NCBI GenBank assembly: GCA_964580675.1
Contig: CAZOLI010000014.1
Coordinates: 14,364-78,363 of the forward strand
Reading direction: 5' to 3'
Length of the DNA: 64,000 nt
DNA from: an uncultured Planctomycetia bacterium
GTDB taxonomy: Bacteria; Planctomycetota; MHYJ01; CAYXQY01
Within the stretch, counting starts at the first letter, position 1. Every line of letters starts with the position of its first letter. Below the pieces are notes generated by a model. That model was not told the origin of the DNA. It saw nothing but the letters and a program-made list of their open reading frames with translations, and searched no databases. Both the position numbers and the translations under genes were made by a program. Of this stretch, positions 1-9,713 are shown piece after piece.

Positions 1-384
1 ACACCACCGCCAGAATAAGAATGAATCCCCGATTTATGCGACCGCCTTCCTGATTCATATCCTGATCCCTTAATTTGTAATATTCCGTGGGCTGAGCCCG
101 CTCAATCGATTTATTATCACAGGAACCCCCAGTGCAAAACAAATTCGATAAAGGGTTTTGTCGATAATATCATGTACATGTATCGGTCATTGCGAGAAGA
201 AACCTGTTTGATGGTATTCTGCCATTTATTCATTTTAAATAGATCCTACAATTTACATACGAAAAATAGAACATAAAGTTGGGATGAAACCCATTTGTTG
301 GGGGCTGCCGATGACATTGACAGGGCGACTCCGTTACCCTGGTGAACACCGGCGAACATCAGCGTTTTTAATATACGAATCTTC

Positions 385-891
385 ATGCGATTCACGAAAA
401 TTTTAAAACCGGAACGCATCCGAACCGATATGGAAACAGAACCCCTTCCGGCCGAGGAACGGGAAACGATGGATCGGGAGGAAATTCTTGAGCGAAACCG
501 GAAGGAGATCCTGAAGGAACTCGTGGAATTGCTGGAAGGAGCACCGGAAGTTTCAAACGAAAGCAAACTTTACGACGACCTTCTGAACCGGGAAAAACGA
601 GCATCAACGGCACTCGGGAATCAGGTTGCGCTTCCTCACGTGCGGACCATGCAGGCACGGGACATGATCATGTCCATAGGGCGTTCGGAGCATGGATTTG
701 AGTTCGACGCGCCCGACGGCGAACCGGTCCGACTCTTTATCTGTATCGTTGCTCCTCCATACGATGACTCGACGTACCTTAAAATTTACGAGCGGCTCGG
801 GGATATGCTTCAGGACGACCAGCTCGTCGGTGACCTCCTCTCGGCGGAGGCTCCCGGAGTAATTCTACGGGAGCTGAACCGGTATCAATAA
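385..891 (+). CDS. PTS EIIA type-2 (PtsN/EIIA-Ntr-like) regulatory protein
   Basis: 168-aa ORF with ATG start. Contains GNQVALPHVRT, which matches the G-x-A-I-P-H active-site histidine motif of fructose/mannitol-type EIIA. Has an N-terminal charged extension of about 50 aa. Confidence 0.65.
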   Translation: MRFTKILKPERIRTDMETEPLPAEERETMDREEILERNRKEILKELVELLEGAPEVSNESKLYDDLLNREKRASTALGNQVALPHVRTMQARDMIMSIGRSEHGFEFDAPDGEPVRLFICIVAPPYDDSTYLKIYERLGDMLQDDQLVGDLLSAEAPGVILRELNRYQ

Positions 892-904
892 ATACAGCGA
901 TACC

Positions 905-1417
905 CTACGAATTGTCGGTATGTCGCCGTTCGTGTTTCAGAAGGGCGGTTTTCATCCCTTCCGGGCCCGAATAATTGCCCGTCGAACCATCCGCTCTGAT
1001 AACCCGGTGACAGGGCACGAGAACCGGAAGTGGATTTTTGCGACACGCGGCCCCCACCGCTCTCGCCGCTCCCGGTCGGCCCACGCGGTCCGCAAGCTCA
1101 CCGTACGTTACTGTCGTTCCCGGTTCCGTGGCAAGCAGTGCCCGCCAGACGTCCTTTCGGAAGGAAGTACCCCGGATCGCCAGAGGCAGCTCCGGCCAAT
1201 CCTCAAAGCATCCCCGTCCATACGAGAAAAACCAGTCTATGAGATCGGGCGTCCAGGTTGCGGGGCGAAGAATTGTCACCGAATGAGGAGCAATAGAACG
1301 GGTAGATTTCCCTCTTTGAGTCACCGTTTTCTCAATCTCCGAAACGGTGCCAGATAAGCAGAGCCCGAACACGCCATTCCGGATTCGAACCCGCACGTGG
1401 GAATTTGTACTGGACAC
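905..1417 (-). CDS. ogt: methylated-DNA--protein-cysteine methyltransferase (Ogt/MGMT family)
   Basis: Has the PCHRVI active-site cysteine motif and the TYGELA DNA-binding helix. The only in-frame start is GTG, so the N-terminus is uncertain. Confidence 0.8.
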   Translation of the reverse strand: MSSTNSHVRVRIRNGVFGLCLSGTVSEIEKTVTQRGKSTRSIAPHSVTILRPATWTPDLIDWFFSYGRGCFEDWPELPLAIRGTSFRKDVWRALLATEPGTTVTYGELADRVGRPGAARAVGAACRKNPLPVLVPCHRVIRADGSTGNYSGPEGMKTALLKHERRHTDNS

Positions 1418-1558
1418 CGAAACGTACTTACAGTAAAAGAAGTGAGCAGTTCAGATATGAACTCCCGGTCGACTGCATCGTGATCCGGCCCGGCATTCGA
1501 AGAGAAATCACTCGCCGGTCGGATCCACCGAACGTTAATTTCATTTTATCAATCCATC

Positions 1559-2092
1559 ATGGAAATTGAACGTAAGGGCGTAATTCTGGAAGCCACAAAG
1601 GGAGACATCATAAATCAACCGGATATCGAGGCTATCGTCAATGCGGCCAATGCCCAGCTTCGCACCGGTGGGGGCGTGGCCGGCGCCATTCATAGCGCCG
1701 CCGGTTACGGCCTTGAACGGGAAACCGAATCGCTGGCCCCCATCAAACCCGGAGAAGCGGTCATAACGGGTGGACACGAACTTCCGAATGAATACGTGAT
1801 TCATTGTCTCGGTCCGGTCTACGGCAAAGATGACCCCTCGGATGAATTACTGACCGATTGCTATCGAAATGCATTCCGGCGGGCCATTGAAAACGATGTG
1901 CGATCCATCGCCTTTCCGGCGATTTCTACGGGAGCGTTCGGGTATCCTCCCGAAGAGGCCTGCGAGATTGCTCTGAACACCTCGAAGGAAATGCTGGACC
2001 AAATGCCAATGGACCGGATTCGCTTCGTCTTATACAGCGAAGACGATTACAACCTCTACTGCGAAAAGATGGACGCCATATTTGGGAAATAA
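1559..2092 (+). CDS. macro-domain protein (O-acetyl-ADP-ribose deacetylase / ADP-ribose-binding, YmdB-like)
   Basis: Contains AIVNAANAQLRTGGGVAGAIH and AFPAISTGAFGYP, both classic macro-domain motifs. Confidence 0.8.
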   Translation: MEIERKGVILEATKGDIINQPDIEAIVNAANAQLRTGGGVAGAIHSAAGYGLERETESLAPIKPGEAVITGGHELPNEYVIHCLGPVYGKDDPSDELLTDCYRNAFRRAIENDVRSIAFPAISTGAFGYPPEEACEIALNTSKEMLDQMPMDRIRFVLYSEDDYNLYCEKMDAIFGK

Positions 2093-2266
2093 GCCGTCCC
2101 CCGTGTGATGAAGACATCACCGCAGAGGCAATCTGCGGAAGAGAAATATACCCCCCAGAACGGTATCGTTGCCCGAACAGTATTTATGGAAGGCCTGTTG
2201 TGTGGAAACAAGCGGGGGAGACAAAAGGTCCCTGAGGTGTCGTGTTCGAACGAACCGGAAAATGCG

Positions 2267-2728
2267 CTAAAAGGGAATGTCCTCAAATTCCTCGTCGTCC
2301 GATTCGTCCGGATTGCCGCCGGGACCTGCGGCCGGGCTGTTCTGCGCCTGAGTGGAGGCTGTGGCTTCGGCCTGTTCGGGACGACCGCCGCCCCCACCCG
2401 CACCAAGAAACTGCACGTTCTGGGCCACGACTTTCAACTGACTCCGACTTTCGCCGTCGTCGTTTTCCCATTCATCCATCTTTAATCGGCCCTCAATAAT
2501 CACCTGGCTACCCTTTTCCAGGTATTCGCTGCAGTTTTCCGCCTGACGCTGCCAGACGGTTACAGGGGCAAACAGGGTTTCTTCCTGCCGTTCGTTGTTA
2601 TCGTCCCGATAATACCGGTTAACGGCAAGACTGAGATCACAGACCGCCGTTCCACCGGGGGTGTACCGGAGTTCCGGATCACGGGTCAATCGCCCCTGAA
2701 GAATAACGGAGTTGATGTTCCCGGCCAT
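2267..2728 (-). CDS. ssb: single-stranded DNA-binding protein
   Basis: OB-fold N-terminus (VILQGRLTRDPELRYTPGG). Gly-rich linker and an acidic C-terminal tail ending DDEEFEDIPF. Confidence 0.85.
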   Translation of the reverse strand: MAGNINSVILQGRLTRDPELRYTPGGTAVCDLSLAVNRYYRDDNNERQEETLFAPVTVWQRQAENCSEYLEKGSQVIIEGRLKMDEWENDDGESRSQLKVVAQNVQFLGAGGGGGRPEQAEATASTQAQNSPAAGPGGNPDESDDEEFEDIPF

Positions 2729-2936
2729 TTCGACACCTCCTTACAAAAGAAAAACCCAGTAAACGGAATAAAAAACGCCGGGCTGACTTTCCGGTCCGGG
2801 AACAAAAATGCTCCCTCTCAACCGGAAATTTCCCCTCCTTCAGCCCAGAATGTTCATTTCAACAGATTTGGTTGAAGTTTTCAAGGCCGAACCGGCATTG
2901 GTCTAACAGGCGAAATGGAAAAAGCCAGCCAGGCGT

Positions 2937-3605
2937 TCACGCCCGATCGACGATTGACGGTAGGGTCTGATAGATATACATGCGGCCTCCCTCATCAACA
3001 GCCCCGTGATCCCGGACGACAAGCCGAGCATTGTAAAGGTTGCCAAGGCGGGTGGAAGCTGTGTTGTGCTCAAGGTCAAACGTTTCGGACAGTTCCCGGG
3101 CCGTTAGCTGACCGCGTTCGTTAATCAGTTCCAGGACATCTTTGAGGTAACGGTCAATTTTGCCCAGCTCCTCGAACTCCTCACGTTCGGCCCGACGACC
3201 GATCAGACATAATTTCTTCTGCTCCAGTGCCACGTCGACGTTCTCGTAATGGCTGTCGGACATCTCGTCAAGCAGCATATAGGACTCTTCGTACTCTCCC
3301 TGGACCATCCGGCCGGCCGTTTTGGCAAATACCTCGTCCGCACAAGAGTAATCAACGATGCCCACGTCCGAGAAAGACACGACAAAAACCGTTGGTTCCT
3401 CGGCTTGGTCCAGTAAATCCTCCAGACGGCGGCGAAGCTGTTTCCCGGTCTGACGCGTTACGAGGTTCGCCTCTCCGTCCTCACCGGATACCTCTTCGGC
3501 AAGTTCGGCGAGGTTCACTGTTCTGGACTGCATCGATGTTCTCCATGCGAATTCTAGACCTTTTTTGGGGAACCGGGCGTCCGACCGGTTGCCCGAATCT
3601 TTCAC
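2937..3605 (-). CDS. hypothetical protein with a STAS-like (DUF4325-like) segment and a C-terminal winged-HTH-like segment
   Basis: TVFVVSFSDVGIVDYSCADEVF resembles STAS/DUF4325. C-terminal ARELSETFDLEHNTASTRLGNLYNARLVV looks like a wHTH. The start could be the internal Met at about 3533. Confidence 0.45.
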   Translation of the reverse strand: MKDSGNRSDARFPKKGLEFAWRTSMQSRTVNLAELAEEVSGEDGEANLVTRQTGKQLRRRLEDLLDQAEEPTVFVVSFSDVGIVDYSCADEVFAKTAGRMVQGEYEESYMLLDEMSDSHYENVDVALEQKKLCLIGRRAEREEFEELGKIDRYLKDVLELINERGQLTARELSETFDLEHNTASTRLGNLYNARLVVRDHGAVDEGGRMYIYQTLPSIVDRA

Positions 3606-4126
3606 AACACCAGTTCAGCAGTTCTCCCGGTCCATGCCACGTTCGTATGGTCAATGTGTCCCGGAATTATAACCACAAATAAATTCTGTTTCAAATAAAT
3701 CAATAAAATCGTTCGAATTCAAAAAAGATATGCTGAGACGTTGCTCGAATTTCCATCATGTTTCATCCCTTGCTCGAACCTCATCATACCAAGACGGTTG
3801 ACCAACGTATTATTTCCACTCCTACAAAGAATTTATTTTTAATTTTTCATAATTTATTAATTCCAGGCGGGTATTTTGTGCAATCTGGCGTATTTTTGTA
3901 AGGACAATCATTGATATCAACAACTGAGTAGATATATAATTAACAAAAGATGATTTTAGGGGGGATAGATCCGCCAGATACTATTTCTCACCCGTCTTTC
4001 CTGACGTCCAAACCTGGAACTCGGTCGGGATTTCCAAAAGCACTTCCATCTACGGCCGAGATCGGATCGACAGGTACTACTTTCGCGCTTTACCGTGGAA
4101 TTCAGTATCTCTACGTCAGTTAGGCC

Positions 4127-5032
4127 ATGAAAGAACTCTTTCTGCTCCAGAAAGCACTGCGTACTTCCACAAAAACGCCCATTATTGACAATCTGGCCTG
4201 GGAGATTGCTCCGTTTATCCGGGAATATTTCGGCAACCGGTACAACGGCGAGCAAATCCTGACCGAATACGACGAGGACATCAAAATCTGGGTTCAGCTT
4301 TCGGATTACATTGAATCCAACATCTTCTGGCAGGGCGTAGAAGAAGAGGATCGGGGCCAGGTAAAGTTACTGAAGAAGATGCTTTGCCCGGACCAGGTGT
4401 TCTTTGACGTAGGAGCCAACGTGGGGGTGATCACGATGCTGGCCGCCAAGCGGCTTACCAATGGAGAAGTTCACGCCTTTGAACCCAGCGAATACCACCT
4501 CGAAAAACTGCATCGAAACCTCCGTGTGAACGATTTCGAAAACGTCGTCGTGAACGGCTTCGGGCTCTCCAACCGGGAGAAAACCAGTGACCTATACATC
4601 CCCCGGGACAACGGAAAAGACCTGCACAACACCGGTATGGCCACCATCCACAAAGAAAACGGGTCCACCGGAGACAACGGGAAGTACCGGACCGAGAAAA
4701 TCAACACCCGGAAGCTTGACGATTACGTCGAGGAGAACGACATTCAGCGACTCGACGTTCTGAAGCTGGACGTCGAAGGAGGCGAATTAAACGTTCTCCG
4801 CGGCGGACTGGAAAGCCTGGCCTCCTTTCGTCCCGATGTGCTGATGGAACTCAACCGGGAACACCTCTCTCGCGCGGGCGAGACCCCTGGTGACGTGCTT
4901 TCCTTCTGGCAGGAACATAACTACGACGTGTACCGGATCGGATACGAGGGCGAAATCATTGAGGTCACCTCCACCGGGGAATTCGACGAACATCAGAACA
5001 TTTACTGCTGCCCGAAGGAATACCAGTCGTAA
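4127..5032 (+). CDS. FkbM-family SAM-dependent methyltransferase
   Basis: Contains FFDVGANVGVITMLAA (SAM-binding) and LKLDVEGGELNVL (the FkbM signature). Preceded by a 520-bp AT-rich spacer. Confidence 0.8.
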   Translation: MKELFLLQKALRTSTKTPIIDNLAWEIAPFIREYFGNRYNGEQILTEYDEDIKIWVQLSDYIESNIFWQGVEEEDRGQVKLLKKMLCPDQVFFDVGANVGVITMLAAKRLTNGEVHAFEPSEYHLEKLHRNLRVNDFENVVVNGFGLSNREKTSDLYIPRDNGKDLHNTGMATIHKENGSTGDNGKYRTEKINTRKLDDYVEENDIQRLDVLKLDVEGGELNVLRGGLESLASFRPDVLMELNREHLSRAGETPGDVLSFWQEHNYDVYRIGYEGEIIEVTSTGEFDEHQNIYCCPKEYQS

Positions 5033-5079
5033 GGAAGGAACCGCCGGAAGAACAAGGGACCTGTGCCGTCCGAAATTCT

Positions 5080-6069
5080 TTACCCGCCGTGGTTCTGGAG
5101 TTGCTTCAGGGTTATTTCCATGTCCTCGGGGCGTTCCGACGAGAGGGAGACCGGTTCGGTTTCCGTTTCCACCGGGAACGTTGCCTCCGACCAGTGAAGT
5201 GTCAGTCGCTGTATGAGCGGTCGCTCTTCCTGAAACGGTTTTTCCCGGTAATCCTCCTTGAACTCGGAGAGCATCAGTTCTTCCCGGTAACCGTACTCCG
5301 GATCAACCGAAAGTGGATGGTGTATGTACTTTGAGTGAGCTCGAACCTGATGGTCGACGGCCGTCCGGGGAACAATTTCTGCGTGGGTGAACTTCCGGAA
5401 CTTCTCGACCGGCCGAATTTCCGTTTTTGCCTTCTTCTCCCCCTCCTGATCAACCACCCGGATGCCGGGATCCCTCGAGGACCGAATCAGGGCTTCCTCC
5501 ACAATTCGTTCCTCGCTCATGCGTCCGTCGAGAACAGCTTCCCCAACCACCCGGCAATCCGGTGTTCCCAGCTGTTCCCGGAGTTCGTTTCGCCGACTTT
5601 CGTTCCCCACAAGCACCACAAGGCCACTCGCATATATGGGAACGGAAAACAGCGGATAAACAGCGCGGTTCGGCGGTAGCGGAAAGGAGGCGAGAAATTC
5701 GTCCGGAAGCTTCTGGTTGACCGGCACCGTTCCCGCAACCTCCGTGCCGATCTTCTGTCCGGGATACTTCTCCACCACGGCTACCTGCTCATCATGCCAG
5801 ATCGTTTCCGGATCCGGATAGGTGGGTTCGCTCGGCTCCCGCTCCGGCTGTCCCACCTCCACACGGTCCCCGGCCTTCACACGAAAATTCAGCGGACGCG
5901 TTTGTCCGTTCACCTTGACAAGTCCGCGATCGACCAGTTTTTTCAGGTACCGGTCCGACTCCGTCGGCACATAGGCGTGGAGAAACTCCTGAAGCGGGAC
6001 GTTGTCAAAGTACGATTCGACCTCAAGTTTGAAGCCACCCTGAAGTTCCTCGGGAAGTTCCTGTTCCAT
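5080..6069 (-). CDS. RluA-family pseudouridine synthase-like protein (S4 domain plus PseudoU_synth_2 fold), catalytic Asp apparently absent
   Basis: S4-like N-terminus (LVDRGLVKVNGQTRP). Conserved C-terminal blocks QVRAHSKYIHHPLSVDPEYG and RLTLHWSEATFPV. The HRLD catalytic motif position reads YPLF. Confidence 0.65.
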   Translation of the reverse strand: MEQELPEELQGGFKLEVESYFDNVPLQEFLHAYVPTESDRYLKKLVDRGLVKVNGQTRPLNFRVKAGDRVEVGQPEREPSEPTYPDPETIWHDEQVAVVEKYPGQKIGTEVAGTVPVNQKLPDEFLASFPLPPNRAVYPLFSVPIYASGLVVLVGNESRRNELREQLGTPDCRVVGEAVLDGRMSEERIVEEALIRSSRDPGIRVVDQEGEKKAKTEIRPVEKFRKFTHAEIVPRTAVDHQVRAHSKYIHHPLSVDPEYGYREELMLSEFKEDYREKPFQEERPLIQRLTLHWSEATFPVETETEPVSLSSERPEDMEITLKQLQNHGG

Positions 6070-6375
6070 CTGTCATAAATTGAACGAATGGCATGTACCG
6101 AAAATTTGAACGACAAAAAATATTTTAGGTTCCGTTATTCTTGTTGTAAAGGAACAGGAAACACGAGGCAGTTTCGGCCTTCCGTTTCCCCAACGGCGGA
6201 CGAGAAAAACCCCCCTCCGACGCATCCCCGCACGACACGGCAAAGCTCAATCCCGCCCGGATTTAAAAACGAACGCGTATTTTCCGAATAAGGAACATGA
6301 ACAGTCAGAATTCCGTTCGAACGAAACACCGGAAACCGTTCCGGTTTATGGGAAAACCTGTGAACGTCCAGTCCC

Positions 6376-8154
6376 ATGGAACCTCAGCTCATGACGGTAG
6401 CAAGTGTAACGGACAGGCTCGCCGAAATCTCCGGTTTTATCTGGGGACCCTACTGTATGATCCCCGCGCTGCTGCTTACGGGGGTCTTCCTGACCATTCG
6501 CCTTCGGGGTGTGCAGATCCGGAAATTTTTCCATGGTCTGGCCTGCATCGCCGGGTACTACGACGATCCGGAAGACGAAGGAGAAATTAATCACTTTGAG
6601 GCCCTCTCCGCTGCCCTTTCCGCGACCATCGGCATCGGTAACATCGGGGGTGTGGCAACGGCCATTCACATGGGCGGACCGGGAGCGTTGTTCTGGATGT
6701 GGATCACGGCCGTGTTTGGCATGGCCACGAAATTTGCCAGTTGCACCCTTTCCCTCCGGTACCGAACGAACCAGGAGGACGGTTCGATCATGGGCGGACC
6801 GATGATGTACATCGAACGGGGCCTCGGGGCGTCCTGGAAATGGCTTGCCGTGGTGTTTTCGGTCTGTGCGGCGGGCGCGACCTTCGGCATCGGCAACATG
6901 GTCCAGGCCAACAACGCCGCCGCCATTCTGAAAGACGATTTTCGAATTCCGGTTCTCGTCTCCGGTCTCGCCATCGCCTTCCTGATCTGGCTTGTTATCG
7001 TGGGAGGCATCAAACGCATCGGAAAAGTGGCCAGCCGGCTCGTGCCGTTTATGGCCATTCTTTACGTGCTTGGCTGCGTCGCCATTCTTCTCACACACTT
7101 CAACAAAATTCCGGGAGCGTTCCGCATGGTGTTTCACGACGCCTTTACGGGAACCGCCGCGACGGGTGGATTTCTTGGTGCAGGTTTCGCTCTGGTTCTG
7201 AGGTACGGTGTGGCCCGGGGATTGTTCAGCAACGAATCCGGTCTCGGCTCCGCACCGATCGCTCACGCCGCAGCGCGAACGGAGGAACCCGCTCGGGAAG
7301 GACTCGTCGCGATGATCGGGCCATTTATCGACACCATCCTGATCTGTTCACTGACCGCATTAACCATTATCGTCACCGGAACCTGGGAAAAGAAATTTTA
7401 CAACCCGGACCTCTCTTTTGGAGACGTAACGGTACTTCAGCCGGTGGACGAAAACCGGCTTGACCGACAGGCCGGCAACTTTCTTGAAGACGCGACAAAA
7501 TACTCCGGAACCATTCACGTCGAAAACGGTGAGCCGGAGGAAAATGTGGTCCTCGTCTTCAACGAAGGCATTGCAGGCGCACCACCAAAAGAGGATCTTC
7601 CGCCATCCATCCAGCCGGAAGACCGTCCCGAAAAACCCCTTATTGTTCGGACCAGCGGGCCCGGTCTATTTAAACGAATACTTCTCCTCGGCGAAACGGA
7701 ACGTGAACCCTTCACGGGAACCGTAAAGATCTCGGAGGGCACCCTGGAGACCAAAAAGAACCTGACCATGTACGCGAAAACCCTGAAAAATCAGGTTTCC
7801 CTTACAAGGGTGGCGTTTATCACCGGATTCCGGCGGATGGCCGGGATCGGATCCATCGGAGGCTTGCTTATTACACTGGCCGTTGTTCTGTTTGCGTTCT
7901 CCACGGCCATTACGTGGTCCTACTACGGGGACCGATGTGTGGAATATCTGTTCGGTATCAAATCAAGAATGGCGTACCGGTGGATCTTTGTCGCTCTCTT
8001 CGTTGTCGGTTCGCTGGTCACGATACAATTCGTCTGGACCCTCGCCGACGTGCTGAACGGGTTGATGGCGCTTCCAAACCTGTTTGCCCTGATCCTCCTC
8101 TCCGGAACCGTCGTCAAAATTACAGGAAATTATTTCTCCAGGCAGGAAGATTAA
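6376..8154 (+). CDS. alanine/glycine:cation symporter (AGCS family) with a large internal hydrophilic insertion
   Basis: Contains GIGNIGGVATAIHMGGPGALFWMWITAVFGMATKFASCTL, the AGCS signature. Multiple TM segments. About 150-aa insertion (TWEKKFYNPD...KTLKNQ) between TM blocks. Confidence 0.85.
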   Translation: MEPQLMTVASVTDRLAEISGFIWGPYCMIPALLLTGVFLTIRLRGVQIRKFFHGLACIAGYYDDPEDEGEINHFEALSAALSATIGIGNIGGVATAIHMGGPGALFWMWITAVFGMATKFASCTLSLRYRTNQEDGSIMGGPMMYIERGLGASWKWLAVVFSVCAAGATFGIGNMVQANNAAAILKDDFRIPVLVSGLAIAFLIWLVIVGGIKRIGKVASRLVPFMAILYVLGCVAILLTHFNKIPGAFRMVFHDAFTGTAATGGFLGAGFALVLRYGVARGLFSNESGLGSAPIAHAAARTEEPAREGLVAMIGPFIDTILICSLTALTIIVTGTWEKKFYNPDLSFGDVTVLQPVDENRLDRQAGNFLEDATKYSGTIHVENGEPEENVVLVFNEGIAGAPPKEDLPPSIQPEDRPEKPLIVRTSGPGLFKRILLLGETEREPFTGTVKISEGTLETKKNLTMYAKTLKNQVSLTRVAFITGFRRMAGIGSIGGLLITLAVVLFAFSTAITWSYYGDRCVEYLFGIKSRMAYRWIFVALFVVGSLVTIQFVWTLADVLNGLMALPNLFALILLSGTVVKITGNYFSRQED

Positions 8155-8223
8155 CGGTCCCTCCCGGCGTGCAGACGTCCCGAAACCAAAACGGGAGATA
8201 ATCAGCAATGACCGGTCCGGTGT

Positions 8224-9621
8224 TCAGGCATCGGAACGAAGCTGAAGGGAATTTAACATGCCCCGGGCTTTTGTTTCCGTTTCCCGGAACTCCTCAGATG
8301 GATCCGAGTCCGACACAATACCCCCGCCAACCTGAAAAAACAGATGGCCGGAGATCCATTCCATGGTGCGGATACAGATGTTCAGTTCCATGTCCCCGTT
8401 ATCCCCGATCCAGCCCAAGGATCCGGTATAGACCTGCCGCTGTGTTGGTTCAAGTTCGTCGATGATTTCCATGGCACGGATCTTTGGTGCCCCCGTTATG
8501 CTGCCCCCCGGAAACGTGGCGCGGAGAATGTCACGAATCGATGCGTCCCGTCGCAACGTCCCGGTGACCGTCCCGACCAGGTGGTGTACTTCAGGATACG
8601 TTTCAACGGTGTGCAAATCGGGTACCGTCACGGTGCCGTACCGGCATATGCGGCCGAGGTCGTTTCGCTCCAGGTCCACAATCATGTGAAGCTCTGCCTG
8701 ATCTTTTTCACTGCTCAACAGTTCGTTCTTTTTCGCCCGATCCGCCTCTTCGCTCGACGCTCGCGGCCGGGTTCCCTTAATCGGCCGGGTCAGAACCTCA
8801 TCTCCACGGACCCGTAGAAACAGTTCGGGGCTGGAACTGAACACCGCGAGGTTCGTTCCACGCAGGTACCCGCTGTACGGGGTTGGATTAACATCCCGGA
8901 GACGGAGGTACAGGGAATCCGGATGATCAATTCCCTCAAGGAGAAACCGCCGGGAGAGGTTGACCTGATAAATGTCCCCCTGCCGTATGAAATCCTTGGC
9001 GGTACGCACGATGGACTCGTATTCGTTGCGATCCATGTTATGTACTGGAGAACCGGACGGGGAGGGAAGAGACAGTTCGGAACTTCCGTCCTCACGGTGA
9101 CTCCGGGCCCGGTCGAGCAAATCTTCCGACGGCGAGGTCCGACGATTCCGCCCCGGACGGTGAATGTGCCAGAACTGGTTATTCACCCGATCAAGTGCCA
9201 GCAGGTCATCGTAAAAACCCCAGTACAGCTGGGGAAGTGAGGGGTCGCGCCGGCCCGAATCCGGGACATCTTCAAACGCTCGTCCGACGGGATAACCGAA
9301 GTAACCAACCCCTCCGCCGGGAAACGGAACCGGGCATTGGGTTTCTTCCGGAATCCGTTTCTCGAGAAGACGCTGCAGACAGGAGAGGCCCGGACCGGAA
9401 AATTCTTTCCTGCCGGACGACGGCTCCGTTACGGTGGCTTCGAAAACATCTCCCTTCAACAGGAGTGAAGGTCGCCATCCCAGGTACGTCCAGCGGGCGT
9501 ACGGACCCGTCGGACCGAGGCTTTCCAGCACGAAACTTCCCGGTTCACCGAGCAACTCCCGGATCAGTGCGGGAAGTAGTTTTGGAGGGGTATCTATCCG
9601 CTCACACGAAATACGACCCAT
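8224..9621 (-). CDS. pabB: chorismate-utilising enzyme, aminodeoxychorismate synthase component I / anthranilate synthase component I family
   Basis: Contains GGSITGAPKIRAMEIIDELE and YTGSLGWIGDNGDMELNICIRT. Size (465 aa) fits PabB. Confidence 0.75.
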   Translation of the reverse strand: MGRISCERIDTPPKLLPALIRELLGEPGSFVLESLGPTGPYARWTYLGWRPSLLLKGDVFEATVTEPSSGRKEFSGPGLSCLQRLLEKRIPEETQCPVPFPGGGVGYFGYPVGRAFEDVPDSGRRDPSLPQLYWGFYDDLLALDRVNNQFWHIHRPGRNRRTSPSEDLLDRARSHREDGSSELSLPSPSGSPVHNMDRNEYESIVRTAKDFIRQGDIYQVNLSRRFLLEGIDHPDSLYLRLRDVNPTPYSGYLRGTNLAVFSSSPELFLRVRGDEVLTRPIKGTRPRASSEEADRAKKNELLSSEKDQAELHMIVDLERNDLGRICRYGTVTVPDLHTVETYPEVHHLVGTVTGTLRRDASIRDILRATFPGGSITGAPKIRAMEIIDELEPTQRQVYTGSLGWIGDNGDMELNICIRTMEWISGHLFFQVGGGIVSDSDPSEEFRETETKARGMLNSLQLRSDA

Positions 9622-9713
9622 GTCACTTGATTGTTGATGGGGTGGTCCTCCGGGGCGATGAATTTAATAGGGACTCGATCGTGTCGTCCCGATCATGGAA
9701 AGGGAAGGGAACC

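Noticed and set aside
1030-1357. Several plus-strand ORFs (70-145 aa) inside the ogt region
   Set aside because: They are antisense to a well-supported Ogt gene, and their translations are Arg/Pro-rich low-complexity sequence.
1375-1400. GGATTCGAACC, the reverse complement of a tRNA T-loop consensus, which suggests a minus-strand tRNA
   Set aside because: Flanking sequence cannot form a T-stem or acceptor stem. The motif lies inside the ogt coding frame, so it is a coincidence.
6346-7463. Long antisense and alternate-frame ORFs (306 aa on the minus strand, 254 aa on the plus strand) overlapping the AGCS transporter gene
   Set aside because: These are typical GC-rich shadow ORFs. They are Arg/Pro/Gly-rich with low-complexity translations and no recognisable motifs, while the overlapping plus-frame gene has a strong family signature.
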